Assembly (NCBI GenBank): GCA_013815585.1
Contig: JACDFU010000001.1
Location: forward strand, 1-61,111
DNA from: Chloroflexota bacterium
GTDB lineage: Bacteria > Chloroflexota > Limnocylindria > Limnocylindrales > CSP1-4
DNA: 61,111 nt
Direction: 5' to 3'
The translations under genes and the position numbers were made by a program. The notes beneath the pieces were generated by a model that was not told where the DNA came from, ran no database searches, and worked only from the letters and a program-made list of their open reading frames with translations. Below are positions 57,798 to 61,111 of this stretch, piece after piece (position 1 is the first letter of the stretch; each line of letters starts with the position of its first letter).

Positions 57798-59075
57798 ATG
57801 ATTTTGACTGCACAAGCTGGGCTCGCGTGGGCGCCCATCGAACAGGTCGACCCGGAGCTCTGGCGTGCGATGCTCGACGAGCGCGAACGCCAGCGCTGGA
57901 GGATCGAGCTTATCGCGAGCGAGAACTATGCCTTCGCCGCCGTCATGGAGGCGCAGGGATCGTGGCTGACGAACAAGTACGCCGAAGGGTTGCCCGGCAA
58001 GCGCTACTACGGTGGTTGCGAATTCGTGGACGTCGCCGAGCGGCTGGCACAGGAGCGCGCGCTGGCACTGTTCCCCGGCGCCGAGCATGTCAACGTGCAG
58101 CCACATTCGGGCGCCCAGGCCAACATGGCCGCCTACTTCGCGGTCCTGCAGCCCACGGACAGGATCCTGGGCATGAACCTCGCGCACGGCGGGCACCTGA
58201 CCCACGGCTCACCTGTGAACTTCAGCGGCAAGCTCTACGAGGTGCATGCCTACGGTGTCTCCCGCGGCGACGAGCGCATCGACTACGAGGCGCTCGATCG
58301 CCAGGCTCGCGAGATTCGCCCCAAGGTGATCGTTGCAGGAGCCAGTGCCTATCCCCGCACGATCGATTTCGAGCGGCTGAGCGCCATCGCGCGGGCCGCT
58401 GACGCACTCCTGTTCGTCGACATGGCCCACATCGCCGGCCTCGTCGCAGCGGGACTGCATCCCAGCCCGTTTCCCCACGCGGACCTGGTCACAACCACCA
58501 CGCACAAGACGCTTCGCGGTCCGCGAGGCGGCGTCGTCTTCTGCCGGGAGTCGCTGGCCAAGGTCGTCGACAAGGCTGTCTTCCCGGGTGTCCAGGGCGG
58601 ACCGCTCATGCATGTCATCGCGGCCAAGGCGGTTGCCCTCAAGCTTGCGCTCGAGGATGAGTTCCGGCGGGACATGGCGCGAACGGTCGAGAACGCGGCC
58701 ATCCTTTCTCAAGCGCTCGTGGCCGAGGGAGCCCGGGTCGTCTCTGGTGGCACGGACACCCACCTGGCATTGGTCGACGTCAGCCCGCTGGGGGTGACGG
58801 GCCGGGAAGCGGAGGCCCTCCTCGACGCCGTGGGTATCACGGTCAACAAGAACGCCATCCCGTTCGATGAACAGCCGCCGAACATCGCCTCGGGTATCCG
58901 CGTCGGGACGCCGGCGGTGACCTCACGTGGCTTCGCCGGCGATGAGATGCGCCAGCTCGCCGCGCTCATCGTCGGAGCCATCCGTGCTCGGGATGAGTCA
59001 GCCGAACGAGCTCGCCTCGCGGCCGTGGTCCGTGAGATGTGCGGGCGCTTCCCCGTGCCCGGACTGCCCAACTGA
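57798..59075 (+). CDS. glyA: Serine hydroxymethyltransferase
   Basis: ATG 57798. Motifs are [27 protein letters not shown] and [14 protein letters not shown] (the PLP-Lys region). Confidence 0.95.
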   Translation: MILTAQAGLAWAPIEQVDPELWRAMLDERERQRWRIELIASENYAFAAVMEAQGSWLTNKYAEGLPGKRYYGGCEFVDVAERLAQERALALFPGAEHVNVQPHSGAQANMAAYFAVLQPTDRILGMNLAHGGHLTHGSPVNFSGKLYEVHAYGVSRGDERIDYEALDRQAREIRPKVIVAGASAYPRTIDFERLSAIARAADALLFVDMAHIAGLVAAGLHPSPFPHADLVTTTTHKTLRGPRGGVVFCRESLAKVVDKAVFPGVQGGPLMHVIAAKAVALKLALEDEFRRDMARTVENAAILSQALVAEGARVVSGGTDTHLALVDVSPLGVTGREAEALLDAVGITVNKNAIPFDEQPPNIASGIRVGTPAVTSRGFAGDEMRQLAALIVGAIRARDESAERARLAAVVREMCGRFPVPGLPN

Positions 59076-59094
59076 CCAGGGATCGTCGCGGCAG

Positions 59095-60276
59095 ATGACT
59101 CCCGCCAGCACGGAGATCCTGATTCTTGTGCTGGGAGGTCTGGCGGCGGCCGCCGCGACCAGCTTCGTCCTGACGCCCGTGGCTGCCTCGCTCGCCAGGC
59201 GCGCCGACGCAATCGATCGGCCCGATCCGCGGCGTCGTGTTCACTCCCTGCCCACGCCGCGCGGCGGCGGACTCGCGGTCGCCCTCGCCTTCGGGCTCGT
59301 CAGCGTGATCGCCCTTCTTGCAGCGGGCGCGATCGGTATCCTGCCAGCCCGCACATCCATCGATCCGCTGCAGTTCGCGGCGCTGCTCGTTGGGGTAGTG
59401 GTCGCAGCGGGCCTCGGCTTCGTCGACGATCGCTGGGAGGTTCCAGCTCGGTGGCAGCTGCTCGCCCAGGGTGGGCTGGCGCTCCTGGTGGTGGGGGCTG
59501 GAATCACCATCGACTTCATCAACAACCCGTTCGGGCGCGGATTCATCCGCTTCGATGAGGTCTTCGCGGTGGTCTTCACCATCGTCTGGGTGGTGGGGAT
59601 GATCAACAGTATCAACTTCATCGATGGGCTCGACGGGCTGAGCACGGGCGTCGCGCTGATTGCGGCGCTCACGCTCGGCATCATCTCCCTGAGCACGTCC
59701 CAGTACCAACCCTGGGTCGCTGTCCTGTGCGCCATCCTGGTGGGCTCGCTGGCCGGGTTCCTGCCCTGGAACTTTCACCCTGCACACGTCTTCATCGGCA
59801 CCGCCGGCGTCTACGTCATCGGCTTCGCGCTCGCCGTCCTGTCCATCCTCGGCACGGCCAAGGTCGCCGTCGCCCTGCTGGTTCTCGGCGTCCCCATCAT
59901 CGACACGTTCTGGATCATCGTGCGGCGCCTTCGGGAGGGCCAATCCCCCTTCACCCCTGATCGGGGGCATTTCCACCACCGGCTGCTGGACCTTGGCCTG
60001 TCGCATCGCGAGGCAGTGCTGTTGATCTATGTGCTCTGCGCCGCGCTCGCAGTCCTGAGCCTGTTCCTCTCGGGTAGCGGCCAGCTGTATGCCTTCATGG
60101 GGATCGTCGTCGCCGGTGGGGTCGTGCTCGCACTGGTCACGCGCCGCGCGCGCGAGGCGCGCGAGGCGCTCGAGGCCAGTACGTACGAGTCCCCAGACGG
60201 TCCCGCGGGAGACGTGGTCAAACGAGCCAATGGCGGGCGTCTCGAGCGACGAGGACGCGCGCAGCAGCCGGATTGA
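59095..60276 (+). CDS. GT4 family polyprenyl-phosphate N-acetylhexosamine-1-phosphate transferase (WecA/MraY-like)
   Basis: ATG 59095. Motifs are DRPDPRRRVHSLPTPRGGG, FVDDRWE and MINSINFIDGLDGL. About 10-11 TM segments are present. Confidence 0.85.
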   Translation: MTPASTEILILVLGGLAAAAATSFVLTPVAASLARRADAIDRPDPRRRVHSLPTPRGGGLAVALAFGLVSVIALLAAGAIGILPARTSIDPLQFAALLVGVVVAAGLGFVDDRWEVPARWQLLAQGGLALLVVGAGITIDFINNPFGRGFIRFDEVFAVVFTIVWVVGMINSINFIDGLDGLSTGVALIAALTLGIISLSTSQYQPWVAVLCAILVGSLAGFLPWNFHPAHVFIGTAGVYVIGFALAVLSILGTAKVAVALLVLGVPIIDTFWIIVRRLREGQSPFTPDRGHFHHRLLDLGLSHREAVLLIYVLCAALAVLSLFLSGSGQLYAFMGIVVAGGVVLALVTRRAREAREALEASTYESPDGPAGDVVKRANGGRLERRGRAQQPD

Positions 60277-60336
60277 GCCGATCGAGGACGGCCCGGTGCT
60301 AGCATCCCGGTCTCTCGCGGCCGCAGGGACCCAACA

Positions 60337-61111
60337 GTGGACCTCTCCGTTGTCTTGACGCTCGTCACCCTGGCGTCGTGCGCCGTGGTCATCATCGCCG
60401 CGGCGTCGTTGCTGCTGGGGGGACCAGCCGGCTCGACCCGCCCGGCCCTGCCTCTGACCTCTCGATCCGTGAAGCTCTGGCCGGCCTCGCCCTCTCGCAC
60501 CCCGAAGATCCGAGCCCGGCTGCGCTCGGTTTTGACCGCGGCAAGAGCCCAGCTTGCTGCCGCCATTGCCTGGCTTGGTTCGGTGACAATCCCCGGCCCA
60601 CGGTCGGCGTCTCGCCCGACCGTGGTCGACGTACCCGGCGAGGGCCGACGACGGAGTGAGCTGGTGCACGATGCCTCCACCGCGCTGGTGGTCTTCGCGT
60701 TTGCGGGTGCCGCATTGCTGCTCGCCGGGGAGGTGCTGCCGATAGGACCCGGGACGACGGGCGGGGGCACGGGAAGCGATCCTGGCGGGGCGCCGGCAGG
60801 AGCCGGTGGCAACCTCTCGCCGAGCATCTCCCCCGGCGTCAGCGGAGCCGGCGAGTCAGTGGCACTGCCCGGCGGCTCGGCAAACGGTCCGGTGGGCGCG
60901 GTCGCGGGTGAGACGCCTGCTGCCGTGGCAAGCCTGGCCAGCGGCGCAGTTCAGCCGAGTGGAGACGCTCCCGGGCTCGCGTCACTCCTACCCTCGGGTA
61001 GCCGGGCAGCCGCCACGCCGGCGTCAGAAAGCGACGCACCGCGTCCAACGGTGACGACCGGCACGACCGCCCCCAGCGCGTCAGCCACGCCCCGGCGGGG
61101 TACGCCTGCCC
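60337..61111 (+). CDS. Hypothetical membrane protein, 3'-partial (runs off the window)
   Basis: This ORF is not in the ORF track because it has no stop. The frame is open from GTG 60337 to the window end, with G/C-rich third positions. It has two hydrophobic segments (LSVVLTLVTLASCAVVIIAAASLLL and ALVVFAFAGAALLLAG), then a Gly/Pro/Ala/Ser/Thr-rich region. Confidence 0.5.
   Translation, partial: MDLSVVLTLVTLASCAVVIIAAASLLLGGPAGSTRPALPLTSRSVKLWPASPSRTPKIRARLRSVLTAARAQLAAAIAWLGSVTIPGPRSASRPTVVDVPGEGRRRSELVHDASTALVVFAFAGAALLLAGEVLPIGPGTTGGGTGSDPGGAPAGAGGNLSPSISPGVSGAGESVALPGGSANGPVGAVAGETPAAVASLASGAVQPSGDAPGLASLLPSGSRAAATPASESDAPRPTVTTGTTAPSASATPRRGTPA

Noticed and set aside
56108-57838. A 576-aa minus-strand ORF overlapping the MFS gene in another frame. 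The 567-aa ORF 58966..60669 antisense to the GT4 gene is a similar case.
   Set aside because: Both translations are Arg/Pro-rich nonsense. The alternative frames give convincing MFS and WecA/MraY-like proteins.

Overview
This is a very GC-rich, gene-dense window of bacterial core chromosome around the replication origin. G+C was judged by eye and not computed. I found no convincing new multi-gene system.

Gene content, left to right:
- 285-6714: an envelope glycosylation cluster. It holds two paralogous GT-C membrane glycosyltransferases, a DUF2723-like protein, a GT2 that resembles a polyprenyl-phosphate-sugar synthase, and a convergent GT87/DUF2029-like protein.
- 6774-13922 (minus strand): dnaA-dnaN-recF-dciA, followed by a PP2C-like/TM/beta-propeller protein and a DUF151 nuclease. 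The dnaA-dnaN spacer (12262-12575) carries phased DnaA boxes and is my oriC candidate.
- 15324-21209 (plus strand): rpmH-rnpA-yidD-yidC-jag-vanW, then an APH-fold protein.
- 21217-42061 (minus strand): one array of about 21 kb with overlapping or few-nt junctions. The order is parA-parB-gyrB-alkD-like-gyrA-prs-small ORF-secA-ydcF-Cys-rich ORF-prfB (+1 frameshift)-GNAT-hisN-like-ftsE-ftsX-ctp-smpB-GNAT remnant-DUF5946-ssrA (tmRNA).
- 42330-61111: mreD-mrdA-rodA; a J-domain protein; an AI-2E transporter; rplU-rpmA-rpmE-DUF1385-prfA-glycogen-debranching-like-prmC-HAD-tsaC; an MFS transporter; glyA; a wecA-like GT4; and an open-ended ORF that is missing from the ORF track.

I found no rRNA, tRNA, CRISPR array, transposase or integrase, and no recognisable defence or toxin module.

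The observations most worth a second look are:
- the glycosylation cluster;
- the apparently degenerate PP2C-propeller protein plus nuclease appended to the replication operon;
- the 21 kb block of essential genes oriented head-on to the predicted origin, including parAB translationally coupled to gyrB;
- an 8-Cys small ORF abutting prfB;
- four genes whose conserved N-termini lie upstream of any ATG/GTG/TTG.

All family assignments rest on motif recognition by eye. No searches or computations were run.
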